This document shows, piece after piece, positions 17,920 to 28,507 of a DNA stretch of 64,000 nt. This stretch comes from a virus. Each line of letters starts with the position of its first letter. Within the stretch, counting starts at the first letter, position 1. The stretch is from positions 32,618-96,617 of the IMG/VR virus record IMGVR_UViG_3300048854_000232. One strand, 5' to 3'. The notes below the pieces were generated by a model that was not told the origin of the DNA, did no database searches, and saw only the letters and a list, made by a program, of their open reading frames with translations. The position numbers and the translations under genes are program-made.

Positions 17920-19308
17920 ATGCCCACCGTAACCAGCATCACCAACCAGGCAACCAGTGCCGCACAGAGTGCTGCGACCAACACGATCAACAGCGCCCTT
18001 AGTAAGGTGTCCGCTGCGGGTAGCTTTGGCGCCTTGGGTGGCCTAAGCGGCTTTGGTAGCCTGAGCTCCCTGCTGAGCCAAACGGCTTCATCCACGGCGC
18101 TGGGCAAGCTCTCCTCCCCGGTCTTCGGTGGTGGTCCGTCCGATGCCGTGGCAGTGGTCGATGTCTATGGCATCTCCAACGGTAACGTCATCAACAACAC
18201 GGTCGATAAACTTTCGGGCTTTGACACCGGCTCGCTCGGTAACTTCCGTCAAAGCGGTGGCCTGCTGGGCAGTTTGTCCAGCCTGGGCAAGAGCGCCCTG
18301 GGCGGGCTCTCCTCGCTGGGTAGTGTGCTGGGTAACTCCCTGGGTGGGATCACCTCCGGCGTCTCCCTGACGGGCATGGCAGGCGGTCTGAACAGTGGTC
18401 TGGGTCTGGGCGCGTTGACTAGCGGCTTGCTTTCGGGCAATGGCGCCTCCAGCGTACTGCTGAACCTGGTCCCGTTGGCCACCAGCGTGGCGACCGGCAA
18501 TACCAACCTCTCCTCGATCTCCTCCCGCGTGTTGGGTTCGCTGGGTGGTCAAGGATCGGTGCTGGGATACTCCAGCGGTTTGCAGACTTCCCTCCTGGGC
18601 GGTATCGCGACTGCCGTGGGTGGCCAGTTCGGTATTCCTTCTTCCGTGTTCAGTATGGGCATCGCGCTCATCGGTGGACAGCGCACGACGTTCTATTCGG
18701 ACAACATCTCCGATGCCTCCGCCGTCGCAGGGTTGGCTAACAATATCTCCGGCGTGCCGGACACGGTGCAGATCATCGACGTGGGCGCTGAGTCCTCCAC
18801 GATGTCTACGGCAATCACGCAGATGATCACCTTGGGCCTGCCCACCGGTGTGAACGCATTGGTCACCGCAGCCAGCGATCCGATCGTAGCGAAGAACGCG
18901 CTGACGGCGAATATCCAGACCGCGGTCAATGCCTCGGACATGGCGACCATTGCGTTGCTGATCTCGAACCTGGGTGTGGGTACGATTCGTGCTCAGATGC
19001 CGGACTTCGCCGCCAAGCTCCTGGCCAGCTACAAGATCGCGAGCGGTAAGACGGTCAATGACTACAGCGCCTTGGCCACGGAACTGGTGGGCGTCCTCAA
19101 CACCGTGCAGGTCAACTGGGACTCGGCGACACGTAATGGGGAGATCGTCACCAACCTCTCTGCGTTCACCGGGATCAGTGCGGATGCGACCAAGATCCTC
19201 ACGACCATTCCGACGTACGCGTTGGCGGTGGCCTTGGCTCCGACCTACCGATCGGTGGATCTGTGGTCGACGGTAAAGAGCGAGTACCCGCTCATGGTAT
19301 CGATGTAA
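17920..19308 (+). CDS. Putative virion structural protein with Gly/Ser/Leu-rich N-terminal half
   Basis: 462 aa, GAGG RBS; converges on the tail genes. Confidence 0.7.
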   Translation: MPTVTSITNQATSAAQSAATNTINSALSKVSAAGSFGALGGLSGFGSLSSLLSQTASSTALGKLSSPVFGGGPSDAVAVVDVYGISNGNVINNTVDKLSGFDTGSLGNFRQSGGLLGSLSSLGKSALGGLSSLGSVLGNSLGGITSGVSLTGMAGGLNSGLGLGALTSGLLSGNGASSVLLNLVPLATSVATGNTNLSSISSRVLGSLGGQGSVLGYSSGLQTSLLGGIATAVGGQFGIPSSVFSMGIALIGGQRTTFYSDNISDASAVAGLANNISGVPDTVQIIDVGAESSTMSTAITQMITLGLPTGVNALVTAASDPIVAKNALTANIQTAVNASDMATIALLISNLGVGTIRAQMPDFAAKLLASYKIASGKTVNDYSALATELVGVLNTVQVNWDSATRNGEIVTNLSAFTGISADATKILTTIPTYALAVALAPTYRSVDLWSTVKSEYPLMVSM

Positions 19309-19316
19309 CGGCATAC

Positions 19317-19349
19317 GCCCTCCTCTCCCTTCAACGGGGAGAGGAGGGC
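19317..19349. terminator. Bidirectional terminator
   Basis: GCCCTCCTCTCCC-ttcaacg-GGGAGAGGAGGGC between convergent genes. Confidence 0.85.
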
Positions 19350-19359
19350 GGTTATGCGT

Positions 19360-21444
19360 TTACTGTGGACGATCGGTGCCCTTCGACAGGGCAGTCAGCA
19401 GGCGACCCGGCATGGTGCCGAGGAACCAGTTGGCCGCATGCGAGGGGCTGACCCAGGAATCGAAGTCAGCCTTGTTCTTGGCCGCATTCAAACTCAAGCG
19501 ACGCCAGGCGTAGGTCTGGTCGGTGAACGACAGGCTACCCAGCACAGCCAGGTAATCGTTGAACACGCTATCGTCGTCGTATGTACCCGGAGCCAGCGCG
19601 GCAGCCGTCTTGGTAAAGCCCGTGGCTGCGCCAATGCCGTTGACGACCTTGTCCCAGGCGCTGAACGTCGCGGTCAGCGGCATGTACATGATCGAGGACA
19701 TGTCCACTACCGAGAAGCTGATGTCGATGCCCAGGGCTTCGCCATCCTGGGTCCAACCCAGGTTACCCGTACCGCGCGTGATCGAGATGTTATCGATCAT
19801 ACCCAGACGGATCTGCGAGCGACCCTTGCAATACATCTCGCACAGGAACGGCGAGGTGTACGAGCGCTTACCCGTTGCCAGCGGCAGAGCGCCGGCCAAG
19901 AGCATGCACAGCGGGATCATCAGGTTCTGGAAGCGCGACAGCTTGTTGCCGTACGGGCTACGCAGCTCGATGGTGAAATCCGCACGGGGCAGCGACGCGG
20001 TGGAGTTCTCCCACTGCTTGGGGATGTCCACGAACGCCGAACCCGCGAAGGCCGCGACGCCAGAGATGTGCAGTGCATCCAACCCGCCCAGTGCCAAGTC
20101 CTTAGCAGCGCCCAGGACGCCCTGGATGGTCGAGCCGATGATACCGTCATCGATGTTACCACCGGCCAACGAGAAGCTCGTAGAGCGGCCCGTGGAGGAC
20201 ATGCCGTTGAGTTTCTGGGCAATGTCCGACTCACGCGTGGAACTGGTGAACGATTCGCCCACGGTGCCCTGGTAGTCGACGCGGAAGGTGATGTAGTTCG
20301 AACCGTCGTGACGGCCTTCATCGACTTTGCTGAAGAAAGTCTTGATCCAGTTGAACACGCCGCCGCTGCTTACGGCCGACTCATCCGCATCACCGGTCTT
20401 GCTGCCGGACGAACCCGTGTCGCCCCCGGTGCTACCGGCACCGCCGGCGGCAGGCGTGGCCGCGTTGTTGGTGGTCTGGTTGGATGTCGAAGTGGTCGCC
20501 GGGGAGGCTTGCACTGCGTCGATTCCTTCGTAGGCGGCGAGGTAAGCGTTGGTGTCTGCCGGGCGGGTGGACGACAACGTCAGGCTCTCCAGCTGGAAGG
20601 CCTGCAACTGCGTGCGCAGCTCTTCGGCGGAGTTCGCCGATTTGAGCTTACCGATCAGAGACTGGTTGTAGCGATCGGCCAAGCCCTGGGCACGTGAGGC
20701 CATGGCGTAGATATCGATACCACCGCCTTCGCGATACAGCGTGGGGATCAGCTGATGGAAGAGCGCGGCTTCCTGCGTGCTGCTGCCGATGGTTGGATCG
20801 TAGATCTGCTTCTGCTCATTGTTCAAGATGCGCGGAATCAGACCCATGTTCACTGCCAGGCCGTTGGCCATGGTGTTGACCGCATCCCAATAGGCATGCA
20901 TGGCCGGTTTCATGTAGTAGTACTTGGTCGGCTTGTAGTTGTCGAAGAACGCGATGACTTTGCTCGCGTAGACAAATGGCATCATGGGCATGGCCACGAC
21001 GGTACCAACCGCTTGTCCCAGTTTGTAGAACGCACCCTTCGCACGACCGGTGCGGGCCAAGGCTGAGGCATCGGGGTCGTAGAAGTTGCCGAAGAAGTTG
21101 GTGAGCGAGTTGTACTGCGGCACACCGAAACTCATCGTGACGTACTGGCCGTTGTCGTCGAGGGCTTCGCTGTAATACCGGCCCATACCGCGGCTGCCTT
21201 CAGTATTACGCTGCTCGCCTGAGCCGCGCCAACGGTTGTTGGATCCGGCACCGCCCATCTTGATATCCGCAAAGCGCGTGAACTGCGGGGGCGGATTGAT
21301 GGCGAAGTTGCCACCGATGGTGGTGTCGGTGAATTTGTAGGCCGCCGAGGTCAACGTGCTGCGCAGGGCGAACTCTTCGTCGTAAGCGCTGGCAGGCAGC
21401 ATGAACGACTGCTTCATCCAGTTGAGATCTTTTACGCGTGACAT
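19360..21444 (-). CDS. Putative tail/baseplate structural protein (phiKZ gp182-like position)
   Basis: ATG at 21444 (MSRVKDLNW), 694 aa, immediately downstream of the large lytic tail protein. Confidence 0.7.
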   Translation of the reverse strand: MSRVKDLNWMKQSFMLPASAYDEEFALRSTLTSAAYKFTDTTIGGNFAINPPPQFTRFADIKMGGAGSNNRWRGSGEQRNTEGSRGMGRYYSEALDDNGQYVTMSFGVPQYNSLTNFFGNFYDPDASALARTGRAKGAFYKLGQAVGTVVAMPMMPFVYASKVIAFFDNYKPTKYYYMKPAMHAYWDAVNTMANGLAVNMGLIPRILNNEQKQIYDPTIGSSTQEAALFHQLIPTLYREGGGIDIYAMASRAQGLADRYNQSLIGKLKSANSAEELRTQLQAFQLESLTLSSTRPADTNAYLAAYEGIDAVQASPATTSTSNQTTNNAATPAAGGAGSTGGDTGSSGSKTGDADESAVSSGGVFNWIKTFFSKVDEGRHDGSNYITFRVDYQGTVGESFTSSTRESDIAQKLNGMSSTGRSTSFSLAGGNIDDGIIGSTIQGVLGAAKDLALGGLDALHISGVAAFAGSAFVDIPKQWENSTASLPRADFTIELRSPYGNKLSRFQNLMIPLCMLLAGALPLATGKRSYTSPFLCEMYCKGRSQIRLGMIDNISITRGTGNLGWTQDGEALGIDISFSVVDMSSIMYMPLTATFSAWDKVVNGIGAATGFTKTAAALAPGTYDDDSVFNDYLAVLGSLSFTDQTYAWRRLSLNAAKNKADFDSWVSPSHAANWFLGTMPGRLLTALSKGTDRPQ

Positions 21445-21516
21445 GGCGACATTTTGACCTTGGAGAGATAGTGCACGAAACAGGTGGGGAGGGGTTAGCC
21501 TCCCCACCACCTTGTG

Positions 21517-24500
21517 TTACGTTTGCGCGATACCACGTTTGACCGAGATGGGCGCCTGCGCCGCCTTTTCGACGAGCGGACGATTGCCTCGGGTCGGAGC
21601 GGGAATCGAAGCTGCCGCGACATCTGCACCGGACGAATCCGACGATGCCGTGTTGCCGTGAATCCCGCCGAGCAACGCAACCTGCTGCTGGGAGGCGTCG
21701 ACCAACTGACCGAGCAACTTCACCTGCTGACTCATGAGGTCAGAAATGGTGTTGAGCTGGGCGTTGTTATCGGCGCTGACCTGCTTGCTGCGTGCATCGG
21801 CTGCGGCACCTTGCTGGGCGACGGTCTGGCGTTGCGCCGCGACGTAGTCGTCCTGGTTGGAACTGGCCTTGACCACCGACGTGGTGGGGGCCGACAGGGC
21901 AAGCCCGGAGGACTTGTTCATATCCGGCGCCGGGTTGGAGGCGTAGGTGGCCGAGGTTGTTGCCTGATCGGACGCACCCTTCGCCGCCACACTGCCGGCA
22001 CCTGGACCTGTGGGCAGATCACTGAGTGGGTCACCGGTCTTAGCCGAAGCCGGGGCAGGCGTTGCACCTGCGCCACCGGTGGCTGCCGGAGCAGCCTTCT
22101 TCGCAGCAGCGAGTTCAGCCGAGGACATGCCTGCGTCAAACTTCGCATTGCCACGCACCTTCTTATCCAGCACCGCCATGAGCTCATCGCGCGTACGCGG
22201 CGAACCGTTGGAGCTGTAGAAGATGCTGCCGTTGTTACCTGCAGCGGCCGGGTTGATCTGGGCCGCAATCGCGTTACCGCCTGCGGTCAGCATCTGCACC
22301 GCACCACCTGCGCCCAAGAAGTGAGCAGCGTACAGTTCCGTGTCGGTCGGGTCTCGACCAATGCGGCGCTTCAGGTAGTCGCGGTTCTGCTTCAGGAACT
22401 CCGCACCCATCAGGGCGTTAGCACGTGGATCAAACGGAGAGGTGTTCGGATCGATCCCGTACTTCTGTCCGTACTTGGCCAGCATGCCCTGCCAGGTTTC
22501 GTTGGTGAATTGGAACAGTCCCTTGGCCGAACCCTTCGGCGGCTTCGCTGTCGGATTGAACCCGGATTCGATACTGGCAAAGGTCGCCATCATCCCCGGA
22601 TCCACGCCGGCCATCTTGGCCGCTGCCACGATCGTGGCCTTCATCGAGTCCCATCCTTTACTGCCCTGTGCCGGCAGGGGGATGTTGTTGATGTCGCCAC
22701 CGGTACCGTTACCCGGCTGCGGGATGATCTTACCAATCGGGCTACCATCGGAAGCCGTCCCGGAGACATCGTTCGCATCCGCGACAAGGTTCGTCGAGGC
22801 CTTGACCTGGTTCGGGCTGACCCGGAACGCGGCGGCGGAACTGGCGGCACCACCGGCAGACGCGGACGCACCGCCGGCCGAGGCCGAAGCCATGGGCTTG
22901 CCGTTCGCACCGTTGATCTTACCGTTGGCCGCATCCAACTTGGCCGTCTGCTCGTTGTAGGTCTGCTGCTTGATCGCGGTCTTCAGCGCAAGCAGGTTAG
23001 CCTCCACCGCCTTACTATCCGCATTCAGCGGCTGATCATCGAACGGCGAGACCGTCGCGGTCCAGACCGACACGGCAACGTCCTTGACCTTACCCGTCGT
23101 GGCGATGACCGCATTGGCCACATCCAGGAGCTGAGCACCGGTCAGGTAGTTTTCCGCATCACCCGGATCGACGTTCTTGTTCGCCTTCTTGACCGCCGAG
23201 GCAAACTGCAGCATGACCGGGACAAAGCGTTCGGAGAACCACTCGATCCAGCTGGCCCGCATCTTCGGATCCGAGGGCGAGATCCCGAAGGACCCTGCGT
23301 ACTTGGTGAAGAGCTCATCCGGCTTGTCGTCGAACGTGGCCAGTCCATTGGTGTCATAGGTCAGGGTCGGCAGCAGGTCGGCTTCCATACCGTACAGGGC
23401 TTTGACGCGATCGACCTGGAGGTTAACCAAGCCGTAGGTCTTCAGTCGAATGACCAGCAAGGAGGACAAGGTCGAGGACAGCATGACTGCCTTCGGACCG
23501 GCCGTACCCTTCGCCGTCAACCCACTGGCCGTCGAGGCCGCAGCCAAGGCTGCCGCTACGTGGCGAGACTTATCCGCTTCACCCAGGTTCACTTCCCCAG
23601 CCGCCTGACCCAGATCGGTCTTGGCCATGCCCGGGAGCTTCTTCGCACCTGCCACCGCCAGTGCACCGGCGGTCGCCGGCGTGATGCCGTCCTTACCCTT
23701 GGACTTGTCATCCTTCTTCGCTTCCGCGTCGAGGATGCCCTTGACTTCCTTGAAGGCATCGTTGACTGTGTCAGCCGTAGCCGTCAGCGGGTCGTCACCA
23801 AAGGGCGAGTCCATCAGGCCGTAGATGCTCGCATCCACCGCTTGCGCGGCAGCAATCATCTTCTGCTTGGTGGCTGCATCCAGCTTATCGTCCAGGTCCG
23901 CCAGATCGACCTTACCGGCCATGTTCTGCTTGGCCGCCATCCAGGTGATGAACACCGGCTTGAAGCGCTGGTTGAACCAACGCAGCAGGGCAATGTGGTT
24001 CTGCCCATCGCCTTCGTCCGAGTGCCCCCAATGGAACGGGTTGTACCAGGACGCATCGATGCCGAAGATCTTCGGCAGCTCCGCCGGGTCGAAGCCCTTC
24101 ATGTCGATCGAGCCGCCCGTGGGACCCACACTGACGTGATCCTTGAGCATGTCTTCCAGCTCGAGGACTTTCTTCATCGGCCACACGTTCTGGTTGATGT
24201 CGACACCGTACTGGGCCATACGCACTTTACGCAGTGGCTGGGACTTCTTGAGGTTGTAGTACTGGACACCCTTGTAGATACCGTAGCCTACCGCCGCAAC
24301 GGCTGCTGCCCCCAAGACCACCGGCGCAGAGATCACGCTACCGATAGCACCGGCCGCGGTGGCAATACCGCTACCCACCGCACCGGCAGCCGAGGCTACA
24401 CCACCGGCTGCCGTGGCGATACCGCCGCCGACTGCACTGAGCGCACCACCCATCTCGCCGACACCCAAGAGCGCTGCACCGCCGCGGACCAAACCACCAC

Positions 24501-27500
24501 CCGCACGCAGGATACCGCCGCCGGCTCGCGCCAGACCGCTAGCCCCGCGACCCACCAGAGCGCCGGCACGGCTGTTGGCCAGACGACCCACCAACTTACC
24601 GACGCGACTGCCACCCAGCTTGTTCCAGCCCTTGCCAAGCAGACGCCCCAACTTCGAACGGCTGAGCTTGCGTCCCGCGTTCTTCATCCAGGCCTTGGCG
24701 TTACGACCGAACGTACCACGGGCTGCGCGCTTGCCACCGGTTTCGATGTCAATGCTGTTGCCGTCTTCGTCTTTCTCTTCGTCGTCATCGTGCTTGCCGA
24801 ACTTGTTCTTCAGCCACGACCACAGACCACCCGAGGACGCTGCCGCTGCCGGCGTGGCGCCTGCGGGGTTACCCTTAGCACCCTTCTTGCGCTGCTGGTC
24901 CTGCCACGAGCCCGAGCGGATGTGCTCGGCCGCTGGGAGGCGTGCATCCAAGACCTGGAAGATCTTCTCCAGCAACGTGGTGGACTTGGTCGAATAGACC
25001 TCGAACACCTTTGGGTTGAAGATACCGCCCAGACGCTTGAAGATCCCCGTCACCGCATCCATGCCAAAGCCCAACACGGCACCGGTGGCACGCATCGAAC
25101 CGCGAAGCAGGCTACCGGCCAGGCCGATGGTCCCACCGACCGCGCCGAAGAGCTTACCAAGGATGGACTTGAACGGCTTACCGCGAACATCGCAGATACC
25201 CTTCTTAAGGTCCTCCATCGTCAGACGGATCACCTCATCCTTACCCTTGGTCAGTTCGACCACTTCACCGCGGATGTCTTTGGGACGGCGGATCTGTTTA
25301 CGGGAGCGACGGTCGTAGTAAGCACCCGCTTCCATCAGCGTGGCATAAAGCTTGGGCTCGTTCATCTCACCGACGACATAGACGTCGCGGGCCCGCTGGG
25401 CGTAGTCACGCAGTGCGCCGAGGCCCTTGCCAACCAGGCCCAAGGCCTTGAAGGGAAGCGAGACCATCGTGCCGTAGTAACTGCCGAACATCTTCAGGCC
25501 CTTCCAGGCCGAACCTAGCGCAAGCTTGACCAGATGGCCACCGCGCTTGTAGTAGACACCCTTCTCGTAGTCGGTCTGCGACAGGACCACGTTACCGTCC
25601 GCATCGACGACCGGACCCTTGATGTCACCGATCTTGCGAATCACCTTACCGGTGGCTTGGTCCTTGTAGGCCCCGTTCTTCATGCCCTTGGCATAGAGCG
25701 CGGGTTCGGACTCACCCTTGACCATGATGTCCGAGACGAAGTTGGTCAGCCCACGAGCCACCCCACCTGCCAGACGAGCACCACCGCCAATGACCGAACC
25801 GATGGCGCCGTAGGTCCCCTTGAAGTACGCACCGAGTCCTTTCAGACCCATGCGACCGGCACCCATGACGCCACCAGCGAGCTTACCACCCCAACGACCG
25901 AAGAGGCCAAAGCGGGTGAGCTTACCGGCATCGCCCGTCAGGCCTTCACCACCCGCCCCGGAGGCGGCAATGGCAATCAGCTGGTGCAAGGCTTCGAGCT
26001 GTTCCTTACTCTCCTCGGTCCGATGGGCATCGCCTTCGGCCACGAGCTTGAGCAGTTCCGAATACGCCCCACCACCGCCTTCGGCCGAGTACTTCGGCTC
26101 GGTCGGGGCAAAGCCACCCATGAGCTTGGAAGCCCCACCGGCGCCGGAGACCATCCGATCGTGATCGGCAATGACCTTCGCTGCTTCGGTAGCCGAGAGC
26201 ACGACCTTGCCGGCCTTGTCGACGACGCCTTCAGCAATCTGACTTAAGCTGGTAATCGCCTCACCCGTCTTGGCCGAAATGAACTCGCCCTTGTTGGAGA
26301 GGATCGCCCGTGCCTTGCCCAACGGACCCGCAGCTTTCGCCAGGAGGTCTTCACCGAACGAACGACTCGAGGTCGCGGCAGTGCTAGCGGCGTTCTTGAC
26401 AGTCTTGCCCAGGCCCGCCCAGTTGAAGCCACCCGGACGCATAGCGGGACCCGGACCCGAAGGACCTGCACCGCCCGGACTCGGTCCTGCGCTACCCGAA
26501 GGCATCGACGGATCGTGGCCAGCCATGATCTCCAACACCTTGTCGAAGTTCACGTGGTCGTTGGAGCCGTTACGGGTGATCAAGCCCAGCTCATCCAGGA
26601 GCTCGCGGTTACCGGTCTGCATGTAGGCCCGGATGATCTGCGTCGGGTCACCGACGTAGGACTGCATCGAGCGGAACGCATCGGAGGTGCGCTGGGTCTT
26701 CACCCAGTCGGTCTTGCCTCCCACCATGAAGTGGTTCTGGAAGTGCTTGCCCAGTTCTTTCTTGTGGGTATCGCTCAACTGGCTAACGTCGTCGCCGTGA
26801 ATGAACCGGTCCGGGTCGAACGCTTTACCTTGGGCGGTATCCGAGAGCAGCTGCTTCTGGAGCGCTTTACGCGTGCCGTCGGAAAGCTTGCCCTGAGGAT
26901 CGATCTGGGACATCACCTGCTTCAACCCGTAATGGGTCATGTCCAGGCTGGACTTGCTGAACAGGCGGTTCTTGGCATCGTTGGCCGCCGCCGACTTACT
27001 GGTGAACTCACCCTTGTCCATGTTGAACACGGTGGGCTTGATCGACGCATCACCAGTGCGCAGGATCTGCAGCTCGTTGTGAATCCGCGACAGGAAGCCA
27101 GGGATCACTTCGGTCAGACTGCGACGGGCCTGGTTATTGAACCCCACGGCCTCATCGGCGTTGTTGATCGGCGCCTCACCCACCTTGGTGTCTTGCGACA
27201 TGCGTGGGGTGACGTTCTTGAAGAAGCGCACGAACGAGCCGAGCTTGCCGTAATCACCACGGTCCGAGCGGGCCCACTTGTTGGCTTGCTCAGGCAAGGT
27301 GTCGAGCAGGTAAGCCAACCGCGCACCGAAGCTTTGCGCACCCGGCACCTTCTCAACCTTACCACGCGCCCAGCGTCCCGCCTTTCGACCCAGATGCGAG
27401 GCAGCGAAGTCACCAGCGAGATGGCCAGCCAGTTGGTGGCCACTCATGCCCATGTCGCCCATCATGCTGCCCATGTCCATGGCAGACTCCGCGCCCATCG

Positions 27501-28440
27501 CGCCCATGTGCACACCGGAGAGGGCGGCTTTCAGGGAGGTCTTGAGATTGGCCTGGAGCTTGGAGCCGAACTTACCCACGTAATCGACGATCGCCTGCTG
27601 GGAGCGGCCGTAGAGCTTGTCACGCAGGGTGCTGCCGTACTGCTCGGACTGCTTGACCTTGACCGCATCAGGCAGTGCCGTGTTCTTGACGATCGCATCC
27701 AACTGCGCGGCCATCTTGACCGACATGTCCGCACCTTGATTACGGATATCCCGCAAGGTGAAGAACGAGCGCATCTGGAACTCCAGCGACTTCTGCTGGT
27801 AGCGGGCGTTGACCTGGTCCTGGTAGGCGACCAGGCGATCGATACCGTGCCGCATAGCGGAAAAATGGAAAGCGGACTTACGTTCGCGCTTGTCCACGAT
27901 GTCCTGACGGATCATCTCGGCCGATTGGTTGGTGGCATGTTGCCGCGCACTCTCTTCCATCTGGACGCGGAAGATGCCGGCGAGCTCGGCACTGATTTGT
28001 CCTGCGTCGATCTCTCCCTGGGTCGGTGCACGATAGCCAGGCTTGTTCTTAGCGAACGCTTCCAGGCGCTTGATCGTGGAGTCCGGCAGGAAAGAACGGA
28101 CCTTCGGCGTGACCTTCTCCACCGCTTTTCGGGCGACAGGAAGCAGGGGCCGGAGATCTTGGGCGGCGCTATTGTATAGCTCCCGTACGCCCTGTACGGC
28201 GGAATCGGCGGCATTGATTGCCGTTCCGTATCCCTTCGGCATGGCGTCGGAAATCGCACGTTTGATGAAGCTCTTGCTCGTGACTTGTGCACGCGCGCCC
28301 TCGGCAAAACCGACGGCAATCTTCTCGATGGGCTTGCGGTCTTTCTTCTGGGCTTTACCCTCACCGGGCAGCTGGTACTCGTCGAAATTCAAATCGTCGA
28401 GATCCATCTTCCCCAGAGGGGTGATCTTTTTACTAGCCAT
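21517..28440 (-). CDS. Large tail-associated protein with C-terminal lytic transglycosylase (SLT) domain (phiKZ gp181-like)
   Basis: 2307 aa; SLT motifs ASIESGFNP, AKGLFQF and LYAAHFLG at ~22290-22640; hydrophobic Gly/Ala segment; divergent from the RNAP beta' gene. Confidence 0.9.
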   Translation of the reverse strand: MASKKITPLGKMDLDDLNFDEYQLPGEGKAQKKDRKPIEKIAVGFAEGARAQVTSKSFIKRAISDAMPKGYGTAINAADSAVQGVRELYNSAAQDLRPLLPVARKAVEKVTPKVRSFLPDSTIKRLEAFAKNKPGYRAPTQGEIDAGQISAELAGIFRVQMEESARQHATNQSAEMIRQDIVDKRERKSAFHFSAMRHGIDRLVAYQDQVNARYQQKSLEFQMRSFFTLRDIRNQGADMSVKMAAQLDAIVKNTALPDAVKVKQSEQYGSTLRDKLYGRSQQAIVDYVGKFGSKLQANLKTSLKAALSGVHMGAMGAESAMDMGSMMGDMGMSGHQLAGHLAGDFAASHLGRKAGRWARGKVEKVPGAQSFGARLAYLLDTLPEQANKWARSDRGDYGKLGSFVRFFKNVTPRMSQDTKVGEAPINNADEAVGFNNQARRSLTEVIPGFLSRIHNELQILRTGDASIKPTVFNMDKGEFTSKSAAANDAKNRLFSKSSLDMTHYGLKQVMSQIDPQGKLSDGTRKALQKQLLSDTAQGKAFDPDRFIHGDDVSQLSDTHKKELGKHFQNHFMVGGKTDWVKTQRTSDAFRSMQSYVGDPTQIIRAYMQTGNRELLDELGLITRNGSNDHVNFDKVLEIMAGHDPSMPSGSAGPSPGGAGPSGPGPAMRPGGFNWAGLGKTVKNAASTAATSSRSFGEDLLAKAAGPLGKARAILSNKGEFISAKTGEAITSLSQIAEGVVDKAGKVVLSATEAAKVIADHDRMVSGAGGASKLMGGFAPTEPKYSAEGGGGAYSELLKLVAEGDAHRTEESKEQLEALHQLIAIAASGAGGEGLTGDAGKLTRFGLFGRWGGKLAGGVMGAGRMGLKGLGAYFKGTYGAIGSVIGGGARLAGGVARGLTNFVSDIMVKGESEPALYAKGMKNGAYKDQATGKVIRKIGDIKGPVVDADGNVVLSQTDYEKGVYYKRGGHLVKLALGSAWKGLKMFGSYYGTMVSLPFKALGLVGKGLGALRDYAQRARDVYVVGEMNEPKLYATLMEAGAYYDRRSRKQIRRPKDIRGEVVELTKGKDEVIRLTMEDLKKGICDVRGKPFKSILGKLFGAVGGTIGLAGSLLRGSMRATGAVLGFGMDAVTGIFKRLGGIFNPKVFEVYSTKSTTLLEKIFQVLDARLPAAEHIRSGSWQDQQRKKGAKGNPAGATPAAAASSGGLWSWLKNKFGKHDDDEEKDEDGNSIDIETGGKRAARGTFGRNAKAWMKNAGRKLSRSKLGRLLGKGWNKLGGSRVGKLVGRLANSRAGALVGRGASGLARAGGGILRAGGGLVRGGAALLGVGEMGGALSAVGGGIATAAGGVASAAGAVGSGIATAAGAIGSVISAPVVLGAAAVAAVGYGIYKGVQYYNLKKSQPLRKVRMAQYGVDINQNVWPMKKVLELEDMLKDHVSVGPTGGSIDMKGFDPAELPKIFGIDASWYNPFHWGHSDEGDGQNHIALLRWFNQRFKPVFITWMAAKQNMAGKVDLADLDDKLDAATKQKMIAAAQAVDASIYGLMDSPFGDDPLTATADTVNDAFKEVKGILDAEAKKDDKSKGKDGITPATAGALAVAGAKKLPGMAKTDLGQAAGEVNLGEADKSRHVAAALAAASTASGLTAKGTAGPKAVMLSSTLSSLLVIRLKTYGLVNLQVDRVKALYGMEADLLPTLTYDTNGLATFDDKPDELFTKYAGSFGISPSDPKMRASWIEWFSERFVPVMLQFASAVKKANKNVDPGDAENYLTGAQLLDVANAVIATTGKVKDVAVSVWTATVSPFDDQPLNADSKAVEANLLALKTAIKQQTYNEQTAKLDAANGKINGANGKPMASASAGGASASAGGAASSAAAFRVSPNQVKASTNLVADANDVSGTASDGSPIGKIIPQPGNGTGGDINNIPLPAQGSKGWDSMKATIVAAAKMAGVDPGMMATFASIESGFNPTAKPPKGSAKGLFQFTNETWQGMLAKYGQKYGIDPNTSPFDPRANALMGAEFLKQNRDYLKRRIGRDPTDTELYAAHFLGAGGAVQMLTAGGNAIAAQINPAAAGNNGSIFYSSNGSPRTRDELMAVLDKKVRGNAKFDAGMSSAELAAAKKAAPAATGGAGATPAPASAKTGDPLSDLPTGPGAGSVAAKGASDQATTSATYASNPAPDMNKSSGLALSAPTTSVVKASSNQDDYVAAQRQTVAQQGAAADARSKQVSADNNAQLNTISDLMSQQVKLLGQLVDASQQQVALLGGIHGNTASSDSSGADVAAASIPAPTRGNRPLVEKAAQAPISVKRGIAQT

Positions 28441-28507
28441 AAAAGTCTCCAGGCCCTAGACGTATATGTAGCTTCGGTTCATAAGTTAAGGAGTGAGGAC
28501 CCTCCTC

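Noticed and set aside
21514-25518. 1334-aa + strand ORF, and similar long antisense ORFs (e.g. 35232-37508, 48314-50512, 52325-54253, 54565-56358)
   Set aside because: They are antisense shadows of GC-rich, codon-biased real genes; the translations are Arg/Gly/His-rich with no motifs.
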